DNA of 62,753 bases, the filler included, from an uncultured Methanosarcinales archaeon (GTDB taxonomy: Archaea; Nanobdellota; Nanobdellia; Woesearchaeales; CAZXZL01), in assembly GCA_964645415.1 (NCBI GenBank). It is 4 parts of 4 records of this genome, joined end to end, with 100 filler letters (N's around TTAATTAATTAA, not from the genome) between each part and the next. Parts side by side here need not be neighbours in the genome. Positions count along the whole stretch, not along the records: positions 32,781 to 48,290 come from CAZXZL010000023.1; positions 48,391 to 62,753 come from CAZXZL010000024.1; 2 more parts are not named here. The stretch is one strand, 5' to 3'. The notes under the pieces are model-generated. The model did no database searches, was not told the DNA's origin, and saw only the letters and a program-made list of their open reading frames with translations. This document shows positions 41,487 to 51,021 of the stretch, one piece after another (position 1 is the first letter of the stretch; each line of letters opens with the position of its first letter). Position numbers and translations under genes: made by a program.

Positions 41487-42875
41487 TCACATCAGGTTTT
41501 TTATTTCAGAGATTTTATATTTAGGAATATTAATTAAAGAATTTGTTATTTGTTCATCTAAGTTACTATTTTTTATAATTTCGATTGCATCTTCATGTGG
41601 TAATTCAGAACGATAAGGTCGATCAGAAGTTAAAGCATCATAAGTATCAGCAACTGCAAGAATTCTTGATCCATAAGGAATCTCTTCACCAGGAATATTT
41701 TCAGGATATCCTTTCCCATCCATTCTTTCATGATGATAATAAGCATAATTAGCAATTTCTTCAAGAGAAGGATATTTTGATATTTTTTCACCTAATAATT
41801 TTGGATGTTCTTTTACAATATCATACTCCTCATCAGTTAACCCATCAGGTTTTTCAAGGATTGTATTTGGTATAGCTATTTTTCCCAAATCATGAATTAA
41901 TCCAGCATAATAAAGATTACTTTCAATATTTTCATCTTCTTTCTTTAAAGTACTTTTTAAGTCATCATCTAAATAATTATAAATTAACTTAGAATATTCT
42001 GCAACACGACGACTATGATTACCAGTATATTCACTTTTTTCTGAAATAATATCTGAAACTAAGTTCATCATGTCATCTTTCATATTAGATTCAACTTTAA
42101 GTTTTGTTTGATACTCAATATTTGAATAAATATCATTTACTTTTCTTTCAAGTTCAGATTTTTCATTTGATAATTGATGATTAGTTTCAATTAATTCTGA
42201 AACAAAGTTACTTCTTTTTAATAGAAATTGTATTATTCTATCTTTTAAAGATACTCTATCCCATTTAACGTTAAATAAATAAATTTTATCTGATTGTTTT
42301 TCATAATTAACAGAAACATCTTTTGCACCACTAAACTCAGCGAGAGATTCAAAGATACCTCTATGGTATTCAAGTGCAAAATCATTTACAATTACATGAG
42401 GTTTATGTTTTAAGATAATATCATAATCATTTTTATCATTTTTTACAACACCTACTTTTTTTGTATTATTCCATTCAGACATTATTTTTGGTGATCTATT
42501 TATTATTTTTTCAACGCCTAAAATATGTCCAAAAAAAGATTTTAAAGAAGATTTAGAGTTTACAACATACCTTCCAATATCATAAGCAATATTTTGGTCA
42601 TCACTTTTTAAATCAATTTGATTATATAATTCTATAAAAAATTCATTAGAGCCCCAATTACTTAAATTACTTACATCTTCATAATTAACTTTCTTTATTT
42701 CATTATCTTCTATTTTTCTCAAATAATATTCTTTATTTTTATGAACATCTTCATTAATTAAACGTTCAGTATCAATCTTGTTAACTCTATTAGTATTATA
42801 TTCATTTTCTAAATATTTTACAAGAACTTCAAGATTTCTAAAGTTCACTTCCCGACTCATTGGTTTTTTATCCAT
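41487..42875 (-). CDS. HD-GYP phosphodiesterase with N-terminal putative sensor domain and coiled coil
   Basis: YTGNHSRRV, IHDLGK, HHERMDGKGYP and ILAVADTYDALTSDRPYR motifs. Confidence 0.92.
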   Translation of the reverse strand: MDKKPMSREVNFRNLEVLVKYLENEYNTNRVNKIDTERLINEDVHKNKEYYLRKIEDNEIKKVNYEDVSNLSNWGSNEFFIELYNQIDLKSDDQNIAYDIGRYVVNSKSSLKSFFGHILGVEKIINRSPKIMSEWNNTKKVGVVKNDKNDYDIILKHKPHVIVNDFALEYHRGIFESLAEFSGAKDVSVNYEKQSDKIYLFNVKWDRVSLKDRIIQFLLKRSNFVSELIETNHQLSNEKSELERKVNDIYSNIEYQTKLKVESNMKDDMMNLVSDIISEKSEYTGNHSRRVAEYSKLIYNYLDDDLKSTLKKEDENIESNLYYAGLIHDLGKIAIPNTILEKPDGLTDEEYDIVKEHPKLLGEKISKYPSLEEIANYAYYHHERMDGKGYPENIPGEEIPYGSRILAVADTYDALTSDRPYRSELPHEDAIEIIKNSNLDEQITNSLINIPKYKISEIKNLM

Positions 42876-42884
42876 TTACTTAAA

Positions 42885-44048
42885 TTAGGAATGAAAAGCA
42901 TATTTAAGAATCTTATGATTCTTATCAGCTCTTGTTTTTAAATTATTTGTTTTATCTTCAATAATTTTAGAAATATCATTATAATTTGTTTCAATATAAT
43001 TTATTTTTTGTTTTAATTTATTTATCAAATTACTTTCAAAATAATCAAGGCATAACTCTTCTAAGTTATATTCTTTAAAAAAGTAGTGTATCCTTTCATC
43101 ATTAGATATTCCAATAAATGGAACATTACCATCAGTAGATAAGATAAGTGCATGAAGTCTCGATGAGATTATAATTTTACTTTCTGTTAGAATTTTCTTA
43201 ATTTGAAAAGGATTATATTCGCTACTTGAAAAAAAAGAAATATTTTTTGAATCTTTCAAATGTTTAATTAAGTCTAAGTTAATCTTTTTATCCATAAAAT
43301 CTTCCATTACAATTAAGTTAACATGATAATCTTTTGAAAGCCATTTTATAAAACCACTAAATTCTTTTACAAAGTTATTGTATTTCTCTTTTCCATTATT
43401 ATGATATTTATAATAGTAAGGATATCTATAAAGATCTTTTTTATCTCCAATTAAAGAAAATTTAATAGGATAACAAAAAAAGTCTTTAATTGAAATTGAG
43501 ATTGTATTTTTCTTTTTAACATTTTTTACATTATTGAATAAGTAAGCACAATCAGAACCAAGATAAACATTAGATAATCCAAAATCTCTTTCTAATTTTA
43601 ATTTTGTTGATTTAGTTCTAGCTATCAATAAATCTGTCTTTTTGAGAACTTTTTTAGTAATAAAAGCATCTAATTTTGTAAGATGATCAATATCAAAAGA
43701 ATAACTTACTGTTTTTTTACCTAATAGATTAGAAATAAAAAGAACAGGTAAAAATAAAGCAAGAAAACCTTTTCCACAAAAATCAGTATAAGGAATTCCT
43801 TCACCATTTATGATAATATCATAGAAAATAGAATAAAACATTATAATTATTGTTGATATGATAGGTATAAATGGAATTTTAAGAGTTTTTACATCATTAG
43901 GGATTACTTTTTCATCATATTCATTCATTACTGCAACAGTTATTTTAGCATTATTATTTACTTTCTTTATATCATTAATAATTACATTTAAACGTGCATC
44001 ACTTCCAGTATTAGATGTTCCATAATAACCATAAATTAATACTTTCAT
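42885..44048 (-). CDS. Polysaccharide pyruvyl transferase family protein (CsaB/WcaK-like)
   Basis: GYYGTSNTGSD and SSRLHALILS motifs. Confidence 0.85.
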   Translation of the reverse strand: MKVLIYGYYGTSNTGSDARLNVIINDIKKVNNNAKITVAVMNEYDEKVIPNDVKTLKIPFIPIISTIIIMFYSIFYDIIINGEGIPYTDFCGKGFLALFLPVLFISNLLGKKTVSYSFDIDHLTKLDAFITKKVLKKTDLLIARTKSTKLKLERDFGLSNVYLGSDCAYLFNNVKNVKKKNTISISIKDFFCYPIKFSLIGDKKDLYRYPYYYKYHNNGKEKYNNFVKEFSGFIKWLSKDYHVNLIVMEDFMDKKINLDLIKHLKDSKNISFFSSSEYNPFQIKKILTESKIIISSRLHALILSTDGNVPFIGISNDERIHYFFKEYNLEELCLDYFESNLINKLKQKINYIETNYNDISKIIEDKTNNLKTRADKNHKILKYAFHS

Positions 44049-44132
44049 TATTATATATTAATTATAAATATTAGTATTTAAAAGTTTATTAAATAGAAAA
44101 AGTTAAAAATAAAAACTATGTTCACACATAAA

Positions 44133-44291
44133 ATGGCAAAATCAAATAAAATTTCATTACCTAGTGGAGGAGGAGGTTTAATTAGTTATAGTGAAGATGA
44201 GGACTCTTATTTTAAGATAGGTCCTAGAGAAGTTGTATTTATTTCAGTTTTTGTTTTAGTTGTTGTAATGATTCTCCATATTAGTTTATAA
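44133..44291 (+). CDS. secG: Protein translocase subunit Sec61beta/SecG, not in ORF track
   Basis: Translates to MAKSNKISLPSGGGGLISYSEDEDSYFKIGPREVVFISVFVLVVVMILHISL, the Sec61beta pattern plus a C-terminal TM helix. Confidence 0.9.
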   Translation: MAKSNKISLPSGGGGLISYSEDEDSYFKIGPREVVFISVFVLVVVMILHISL

Positions 44292-44303
44292 GCGGTGAAA
44301 TAA

Positions 44304-44630
44304 ATGAATCCAAGAAATATGAAAAAAATGATGAAGAGAATGGGCATTCAACCTAAAGATGTTGGTGCTGTTGAAGTGAGAATGAAACTAAAGAATGGAA
44401 ACGAATTAGTTATTAGTGATCCTAATGTTATGAAAGTTAACATGATGGGACAAGAAACTTTCCAAATCACAGGTAATGCTGAAGAAGTTGAAGTTGAGGA
44501 TAAAGAACTTTTTGATGAAGAAGATATTGAGATGGTAATGGATCAGACTGGTTGTTCAAAAGAAGAAGCAAAGAATGCATTAGAAGAAACTGAAGACATT
44601 GCAGAAGCAATTGTTTTATTAAGTGATTAA
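44304..44630 (+). CDS. nac: Nascent polypeptide-associated complex protein
   Basis: MNPRNMKKMMKRMGI and a UBA-like EDIEMVMDQTG..DIAEAI. Confidence 0.95.
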   Translation: MNPRNMKKMMKRMGIQPKDVGAVEVRMKLKNGNELVISDPNVMKVNMMGQETFQITGNAEEVEVEDKELFDEEDIEMVMDQTGCSKEEAKNALEETEDIAEAIVLLSD

Positions 44631-45640
44631 AACCAATCACGAAGATCAGATTGTTGCTGACTTTTTTTTAATTCTTTTATTACTTTATTTATTCTATCGT
44701 GAGAAAATTCATGTTTTTCACAGTAAAGTTCTTTAATTTTATTTTCATCAATATTATTAAATTCAAATGTGTAATTTTTTCTAATAGGAGGATTCATAAA
44801 GAAATCTAATAATTTTTTCCATTCAATATCAAAGTGTTTTTTCCATTCAACTTCTTCAAATAATTCATTCAAATCATCATGTTTTTTTACAAGCTTTATT
44901 GCTCGTTTTGGACCAATTTGAGGAATTCCTTTAGGATTATAATCAGTTCCTTTTAAAAGTCCAATTACGATAAGTTGTTTTCTAGTTATTTCTAATCTTT
45001 TTAAGTTTGATTCTAATTCAATGATTTCTGGACTTACATCAACATATCTATTTCCAATTTTTCTTTTTCCAGATATTGAAAGATTTCTTAACATTCTTTT
45101 TGACCCAAAAAGTAATGAATCAAAGTCTTGGGATAGACATGCATAAGCATCTCCTTTTGAAACCATATAAGATGCTTGAGCTTCTCCTTCACTTGGAGCA
45201 TCAATAAAAGGAATACCTAATGCTGTTAGTGCTTGTTTTGATTCTTCAATTATCTCTGATGTTAACTTTGTTGTTCTTTTAGAATATTTTTTCATCTCTT
45301 TTATGTTTCCTTCTTTTTTAGCAACTCTATATTTTTCTTTTGCTTTCATCTTTTTTTCTTTTCTTAGTTTCCTTTCTTCGTCTTTAAAATCTGGTGGAGT
45401 TCCATCAAAGATAAAAATTAACTTTATATCGTTTTTTAAAAGTTTAGATAATCTATATAATATTCCACTTAAATGACTTGTAATTCCTCCTTTATCTTTT
45501 AGAGGTGTTCCATCATATTGTCTAATTGTTGTCATAAATTGAAAAAGCATGTTATATGCATCTACTGCTAAAATTTTTCCTTTCAAATTAGGAATTGAAA
45601 TTTCTTCTCTTTCAAATAGTTTTTTTATTGCTACTCCCAT
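44627..45640 (-). CDS. fen: Flap endonuclease 1
   Basis: MGV, VDAYN..QF..IRQYDGTPL, APSEGEAQA, SQDFD, GTDYN and C-terminal PIP box QSDLRDWF. Confidence 0.97.
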   Translation of the reverse strand: MGVAIKKLFEREEISIPNLKGKILAVDAYNMLFQFMTTIRQYDGTPLKDKGGITSHLSGILYRLSKLLKNDIKLIFIFDGTPPDFKDEERKLRKEKKMKAKEKYRVAKKEGNIKEMKKYSKRTTKLTSEIIEESKQALTALGIPFIDAPSEGEAQASYMVSKGDAYACLSQDFDSLLFGSKRMLRNLSISGKRKIGNRYVDVSPEIIELESNLKRLEITRKQLIVIGLLKGTDYNPKGIPQIGPKRAIKLVKKHDDLNELFEEVEWKKHFDIEWKKLLDFFMNPPIRKNYTFEFNNIDENKIKELYCEKHEFSHDRINKVIKELKKSQQQSDLRDWF

Positions 45641-45641
45641 T

Positions 45642-46637
45642 TTAAATAGTATCGTTATCGATTATTTTTACGTTATTAATATTTTTATCTTTTAATTCTT
45701 TATCTATTGTGTTAGCTGATTCATTTGCTATAATCATACAAGGTAAGTTCTCTTTTGATGCAAGTAAAATACTTTCATAAAGTGTGGATTTTGTTGCTTT
45801 TTTTCTATCAGCTATTACAAAGAAATATTTAATTTTACCAAATTCTGAATCAAATTTTAAAATTCCTCTTATTGGTTTTTTAAGACTTATTGTTTTGATT
45901 ATCTCTGATTTAGAAAAGACATATTTAATTACATCTTCTAGTAACTCTTCTTTATTTACTTTATCTAATATTTCTGAAACATCTGATGATTCTTTTATTT
46001 TGGTTTGTTTAGGTTCTTTTTCTTCTTTTTCTTCTTTTTGTTCTTTTGATTTTTGTTTTGGTTCTTTTGTTTCTTTTGGTTTTTCTTTGGTTTCGTTGGG
46101 TTTTTCTTGTTTTTGTTTTGTTTCTTTTTGTGTTTCTTTTGGTTTTTGTTTTTCTTTATTTTTATCTCTGAATTTTTTTATCTCTGAGCTTAAATTTTGA
46201 GATATTAATTTTTTTGCAGTTTGTGAATCAATATCATATCTTTTATAGAACGTGATTTTTTTATCATTTAATTTAACATCTAATTCTTTGGCAAAGTCTT
46301 TTATGTTTTTCATTGCAACTCTTATTGCAGGATCTAATTCTTTTTCTCTTACTACTTTTTTTTCTTTGATTAATTCATATGCTGCTTTCTCTTTTTTATG
46401 TAATTCTTCAATATAATTTTCAAGTTTTTTTCTATCTTTTTCAACATAATAAAGTGGGCTTGAACCAATTTTTAAATGACTTGTTTTTAGTTCACCTTTA
46501 TTTTTTAATTCAGATAACATTGCTCCTATTATGAAACTATCGGAATTATATTTTGATACTATGTCAGAAATCATTGTTGGTCCGTTTTGTTTTACAAAAC
46601 TTAAAATTTCTTCTTTTGATATCATATCTTCACCCAA
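45642..46637 (-). CDS. Conserved hypothetical protein (N-terminal winged-helix-like domains, K/E/Q/P linker)
   Basis: ILSFVKQNGP..IIGAMLSEL..GSSPLYY, then a low-complexity KPKETK linker. Confidence 0.7.
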   Translation of the reverse strand: MGEDMISKEEILSFVKQNGPTMISDIVSKYNSDSFIIGAMLSELKNKGELKTSHLKIGSSPLYYVEKDRKKLENYIEELHKKEKAAYELIKEKKVVREKELDPAIRVAMKNIKDFAKELDVKLNDKKITFYKRYDIDSQTAKKLISQNLSSEIKKFRDKNKEKQKPKETQKETKQKQEKPNETKEKPKETKEPKQKSKEQKEEKEEKEPKQTKIKESSDVSEILDKVNKEELLEDVIKYVFSKSEIIKTISLKKPIRGILKFDSEFGKIKYFFVIADRKKATKSTLYESILLASKENLPCMIIANESANTIDKELKDKNINNVKIIDNDTI

Positions 46638-47089
46638 TCCATTTCATAATATACTACTTCATTATCAGAATCAATTATTGCTATTAGTAATCTCTTTTTT
46701 GTACTATGAACAACTCTTCCTTTTGCAATAAGGTTAAGTGCTTTTATGTTTTCATCTTCATATATTGGAAAAACAATCCACTTTGAGTGTCCTTTCTTAT
46801 TTTTATAAACTCTATATTGTTCTCCATATTTTGTTCCAGATTTTACATAGTAACCATTGTCTCTTAGATCTTCATATACTCTGTATCGCTTATAGAATTG
46901 TTTTTCTTGTAGTTTTTTTTCTAATTCTTCTATAGATACATTGATATGCTTTGAATCTATTTTATTATTTTTAAGTATGTAAAGTGCTTCTACTGCATTT
47001 ATTGTAAGATAATTCTCTTTTTTAGTGCCATATAATTTATCGTTAAGATATCCTATTGCACCACCATCTGTTATTTTAATTCTCATCAT
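46622..47089 (-). CDS. endA: tRNA-splicing endonuclease, catalytic unit
   Basis: YRVYEDLRDNGYYVKSGTKYG..YRVY, GHSKW and RVVHSTKK motifs. Confidence 0.9.
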   Translation of the reverse strand: MMRIKITDGGAIGYLNDKLYGTKKENYLTINAVEALYILKNNKIDSKHINVSIEELEKKLQEKQFYKRYRVYEDLRDNGYYVKSGTKYGEQYRVYKNKKGHSKWIVFPIYEDENIKALNLIAKGRVVHSTKKRLLIAIIDSDNEVVYYEMDWVKI

Positions 47090-47131
47090 TAATTAATATC
47101 ATCTATTACTTTAAATTTTTTTGCATAAATT

Positions 47132-47470
47132 TTAGTTTTCTTTATTTTCTTCTTTAAGATATGCAATCTCTCGAACTAGTTGAGTGTTTTCTTTTCTTTG
47201 TCTTTCTGTTTTTCGATATAGATAAAAGATTAGTAAGTAAGCAACAAATATACTTAAATAAATTATAAAGTTAATTGCTGATTGCATTCCAAATAAAAGT
47301 TCTATGTGATTAAGTAAATTTGGAAATAAAAATATTAATAGAATTATTAAATAAATAAATAAGTAAAATACTTCTAAAGTGAGTGAAAATCTTTTCTTTG
47401 TTGTTAGAACATATGTAAGATATATTATTACAACTACACTAAATAGGATAAAAAATAGGTTCATTAACAT
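47132..47470 (-). CDS. DUF2304 family membrane protein
   Basis: Three TM helices and C-terminal TQLVREIA. Adjacent to a DPM1-like glycosyltransferase. Confidence 0.8.
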   Translation of the reverse strand: MLMNLFFILFSVVVIIYLTYVLTTKKRFSLTLEVFYLFIYLIILLIFLFPNLLNHIELLFGMQSAINFIIYLSIFVAYLLIFYLYRKTERQRKENTQLVREIAYLKEENKEN

Positions 47471-47546
47471 TTTAATTAAATAATTAGATATTTTTTATAA
47501 ATTTTTCTTGGAAAATCTTTATATAATTTTAAGATAATAATTATTT

Positions 47547-48245
47547 ATGGAACTTAATCAAGAGATTAAAGATAAGATTTATTTTGTTATTCCTGCTTAT
47601 AATGAAAGTAAGGTTATTGGAGATGTTTTATGTGAGTTAATTGATTTAGGTTATAATAATATTATTGTTGTTGATGATGGTTCAAGTGATAATACTTATC
47701 AAATTGTTTCTAATTATGATGTTGTTTGTCTTAGGCATGTTATTAATCGTGGTCAAGGTGCTGCTTTAAAGACTGGTATTGATTATGCTATTAAAAAAGA
47801 TGATTGTGAATATATTTGTACTTTTGATAGTGATGGTCAACATAGAATTAGTGATCTTAAAGGAATGATAAAACCTTTATTGAATGATGAGTGTGAGATT
47901 GTTTTAGGATCTAGATTTTTAAAAAGGGAAAGTAAGAAGTTAGTTCCTTTGAAGAAGAGAATTCTTTTAAAAGGTTCTATTTTCATTACTATGATTCTTT
48001 CTAGGATTAAATTAACAGATACTCACAATGGTTATAGGGTTATGAAAAAGAGTGCTGCTAAAAAGATAGATATTAATTTTGATGGTTTTGAACATGCTTC
48101 AGAGATTATTGATGAGATTTCAAGGAAAAAATTAGATTATAAAGAAGTTCCTGTTCATATTGATTATACTGAGTATTCAAAACAGAAAGGTCAAAAGATA
48201 AGAAATGCAATTAGAATATTAATAAAAATGATTCTTAATAAGTGA
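47547..48245 (+). CDS. GT2 glycosyltransferase, DPM1-like
   Basis: VIPAYNE, VDDGSSD, NRGQGAAL, TFDSDGQH, GSRF and DTHNGYR motifs. Confidence 0.9.
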   Translation: MELNQEIKDKIYFVIPAYNESKVIGDVLCELIDLGYNNIIVVDDGSSDNTYQIVSNYDVVCLRHVINRGQGAALKTGIDYAIKKDDCEYICTFDSDGQHRISDLKGMIKPLLNDECEIVLGSRFLKRESKKLVPLKKRILLKGSIFITMILSRIKLTDTHNGYRVMKKSAAKKIDINFDGFEHASEIIDEISRKKLDYKEVPVHIDYTEYSKQKGQKIRNAIRILIKMILNK

Positions 48246-48290
48246 TATTTCTGATTATATTTTTCTTTTTATTCACACAATCTTTATCAA

Positions 48291-48390
48291 NNNNNNNNNN
48301 NNNNNNNNNNNNNNNNNNNNNNNNNNNNNNNNNNTTAATTAATTAANNNNNNNNNNNNNNNNNNNNNNNNNNNNNNNNNNNNNNNNNNNN
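48291..48390. other. Artificial contig linker
   Basis: N44-TTAATTAATTAA-N44. Confidence 0.97.
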
Positions 48391-48462
48391 TTGATAAAAA
48401 TTGAGATCAAATCATCTAAATAAAAAAGTAATTATCTGAATGAAATAAAAAGAAATAGAATT
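48391..48462. repeat. Partial copy of the dispersed intergenic repeat
   Basis: TTGATAAAAATTGAGATCAAATC is the reverse complement of about 32124-32146. AATGAAATAAAAAGAAATAGAAT matches about 32495-32517. Confidence 0.75.
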
Positions 48463-48486
48463 AAAGTTTTTTTTAGATTTTTAACT

Positions 48487-50364
48487 TTAGCTTTTATTTG
48501 TTCTAAAAAAAGTTTTTTCTAAGTTTTTATCAGAAATCTTTGCAATAACTGGTCTTCCATGAGGACATGTATATGGATACTCACAATCAAATAATCTTTT
48601 TATTAACTTACTTGAATATTTACTATTAAGCTCATCACCAGACTTTATTGAATCATTACATGCCATTTTTTTAATTACTTTTTCTTTTTTATTCTTTAAT
48701 ACATCCCTATCAATCTCTATTAAATCTATTAAATCTTTAATTATTTCAGGAGAAATCGATTTTCCCATTATTATAGGAACACTTCTAACTTTTATCATAT
48801 CTTTGCCAAAAAGATCTATTTCAAATCCAAGTTCTTCAAAATAGTTTTTATTATCTTCAAATTTTGAAATCTCAACAGGATCTAATTTTAATGTTTTTGT
48901 AGAAATTAATTTTTGTTTTTTTAAATCTTCATTATTTAATTTATTTTTAATTTTTTCATAATTTATTCTTTCTTCAGCAGCATGCTGATCAATAATAATT
49001 AATTCTTTATTTTCATTTTTATTATTTTCAAAAATAATGTACTTTCTATTAAACTGACCAATATATCTCCATTTCTTTTCTTTTTTATTTTCTTTATTTA
49101 ATGAAGTCCTCTCTGATTGATATGTTTTAATTTCTTTTTTCTTTTTATCAAATTTATTCTCTTTTGATTCTTTTATTTTGCTTTTAAATTTTCTTTTATT
49201 TTTTCCTTTTATCTTCTTTTTTATATCTGTTTTAATTTCTTCTTTCTTTTTACTTTTCAAATTATTCTTTTTTGAACTTATCTCTCTTAAATTATTTTCT
49301 TCTCTTTTTGTTCTTTTTGTTTTTTTTACATTTTTAAAATACTCTTTTCTTTTCAGATGAAATCTAATTACACTAAATAATGCCTTTCTAACTTTATCTT
49401 CTTCTAAAAATCTTACTTCTTCCTTCTTTGGATGCACATTTACATCAATTTTATCTTTAGGTGATTCTATAAATATAACAACTAATGGATTCTTTTTATC
49501 TAATAATCTACCATATGCTTTTTTTATTTCATCATTTAATTTTTTTGATTTTATGGGTCTTTTATTAACAAAAAGATGTATTATGTCTTTTGTATTTTTA
49601 GAGTAATCAGGGAGTGTAATATATCCTTTAAATTTATAATTCTTTAAAACTTTGTTTAGAGAATCTCTTTTAAAATGATAATCTCCTTTTTTATCTTCAG
49701 AATTAACTTTTATTAAATTTTCTTTGGCTTCTTTACCATAAAGTTTTATTATTCTTTTCTTTAGATTATTGTCAGTCAAGTTTAATTTTATCTTACTATT
49801 ATTTTTTAATTTAAACTTAATATCTTTATGTATTAGAGAATACTTTATTATTAAATTAGTTATTTTTTTTAATTTACTCCTTTTCTTTTTTAGATGTTTT
49901 TTTCTAGCTGGAATATTATAAAAAAGATCTCTTACAATAATTGTTGTTCCTTTATCTCTTCCACTAGGTTGTATTTTAATTCCATCTCGATCTTTTATTA
50001 ATTTATGACTCTCTTTACCATTATTTGAGATTATTTGTGTTTTACTTATTTCTAATATGCTTGATAGTGCTTCTCCTCTAAATCCTAAACTGTCTATATC
50101 GTATAAATCTTCACTTTTACTTATCTTACTAGTAGTGTGTTTTTTAAAAGATAATTTTAGGTCTTCTTTATTCATTCCTTCACCATTATCTCTAATTTTA
50201 ATCTCTTTTTTTCCTGATTTCTTTAATTCAACATAGATTTCAGTTGAGTTTGCATCAATAGAATTTTCTATAAGCTCTTTTACAACATTATATGGTGATT
50301 CGATTACTTCCCCTGCCGCAATTTTATAAGCAACTTCTTTTGGCAACTTTTTTATTTTCCCCAT
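48487..50364 (-). CDS. mutL: DNA mismatch repair endonuclease MutL
   Basis: IAAGEVIE, KELIENSIDA, GFRGEAL, DVNVHP, DQHAAEERINYE and CPHGRP motifs. Confidence 0.96.
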   Translation of the reverse strand: MGKIKKLPKEVAYKIAAGEVIESPYNVVKELIENSIDANSTEIYVELKKSGKKEIKIRDNGEGMNKEDLKLSFKKHTTSKISKSEDLYDIDSLGFRGEALSSILEISKTQIISNNGKESHKLIKDRDGIKIQPSGRDKGTTIIVRDLFYNIPARKKHLKKKRSKLKKITNLIIKYSLIHKDIKFKLKNNSKIKLNLTDNNLKKRIIKLYGKEAKENLIKVNSEDKKGDYHFKRDSLNKVLKNYKFKGYITLPDYSKNTKDIIHLFVNKRPIKSKKLNDEIKKAYGRLLDKKNPLVVIFIESPKDKIDVNVHPKKEEVRFLEEDKVRKALFSVIRFHLKRKEYFKNVKKTKRTKREENNLREISSKKNNLKSKKKEEIKTDIKKKIKGKNKRKFKSKIKESKENKFDKKKKEIKTYQSERTSLNKENKKEKKWRYIGQFNRKYIIFENNKNENKELIIIDQHAAEERINYEKIKNKLNNEDLKKQKLISTKTLKLDPVEISKFEDNKNYFEELGFEIDLFGKDMIKVRSVPIIMGKSISPEIIKDLIDLIEIDRDVLKNKKEKVIKKMACNDSIKSGDELNSKYSSKLIKRLFDCEYPYTCPHGRPVIAKISDKNLEKTFFRTNKS

Positions 50365-50481
50365 AATTGAATGAAATTTTCTTTTTATAAAAAATTATTT
50401 GTTACAACATCAAAAACTTTTTAAATGATTTTATTTTTTCGAGTTTATGTGGAAAATATCTATTAACTTTTTCACATATTT

Positions 50482-50555
50482 GCCTCGGTAGCTTAGCCCG
50501 GTAGAGCGCGTGGCTGTTAACCACGAGGTCGACGGTTCAAATCCGTCTCGGGGCG
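50482..50555 (+). tRNA. tRNA-Asn(GTT)
   Basis: Anticodon arm CGTGG-CTGTTAA-CCACG within a full cloverleaf. Confidence 0.96.
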
Positions 50556-50560
50556 TTATT

Positions 50561-50634
50561 GGATTCGTAGCTTAGCTTGGTAGAGTGCTCCGCTGATAAC
50601 GGAGTGGTCCGGGGTTCAAATCCCCGCGAATCCA
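50561..50634 (+). tRNA. tRNA-Ile(GAT)
   Basis: Anticodon arm CTCCG-CTGATAA-CGGAG. Acceptor stem GGATTCG/CGAATCC. Confidence 0.96.
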
Positions 50635-50639
50635 TTTTT

Positions 50640-50714
50640 GCTCCGGTAGTGTAGTCCGGTCAAGCATTTAGCCCTTTCGAGGCTGGGACCCGGGTTCGAA
50701 TCCCGGTCGGAGCA
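50640..50714 (+). tRNA. tRNA-Glu(TTC)
   Basis: Anticodon arm TAGCC-CTTTCGA-GGCTG. Acceptor stem GCTCCGG/TCGGAGC. Confidence 0.96.
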
Positions 50715-50743
50715 TTTTATTTTTTATAATAAGGTGATGATTT

Positions 50744-50860
50744 ATGAAAAGAAGTTCAAGGCGTTGGAAAAAGAAGGGACAAATGAGATGGAAGTGGCAG
50801 AGAAAAAGAAAGAAAAAAGAAAAAAGAAGAAGAAAAATGCGAAAGAAAAGAACTGCATAA
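50744..50860 (+). CDS. rpl41e: Ribosomal protein eL41 (eS32), not in ORF track
   Basis: Translates to MKRSSRRWKKKGQMRWKWQRKRKKKEKRRRKMRKKRTA. SD AGGTGA upstream. Confidence 0.88.
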   Translation: MKRSSRRWKKKGQMRWKWQRKRKKKEKRRRKMRKKRTA

Positions 50861-51021
50861 GTTTATTATTTTATTTTTATTTCTGTTTTCACTCTTTAAA
50901 TACAACAACATTTTTTATAAGATTGTATTGAATTATATTTTAGTATAGCAATTACTATATTAAAAATAGGGGTAATAAGTGTGGGGGAGAAGAATGAAAA
51001 GTATTTTAGAGGTGTTAATTA

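Noticed and set aside
46000..46160. Tandem DNA repeat or contingency locus
   Set aside because: Imperfect low-complexity coding for a K/E/Q/P linker, with no exact repeat unit.
50734..50931. 65-aa plus-strand ORF
   Set aside because: Wrong frame. The real gene is eL41 at 50744-50860, and the GTG is part of its SD.
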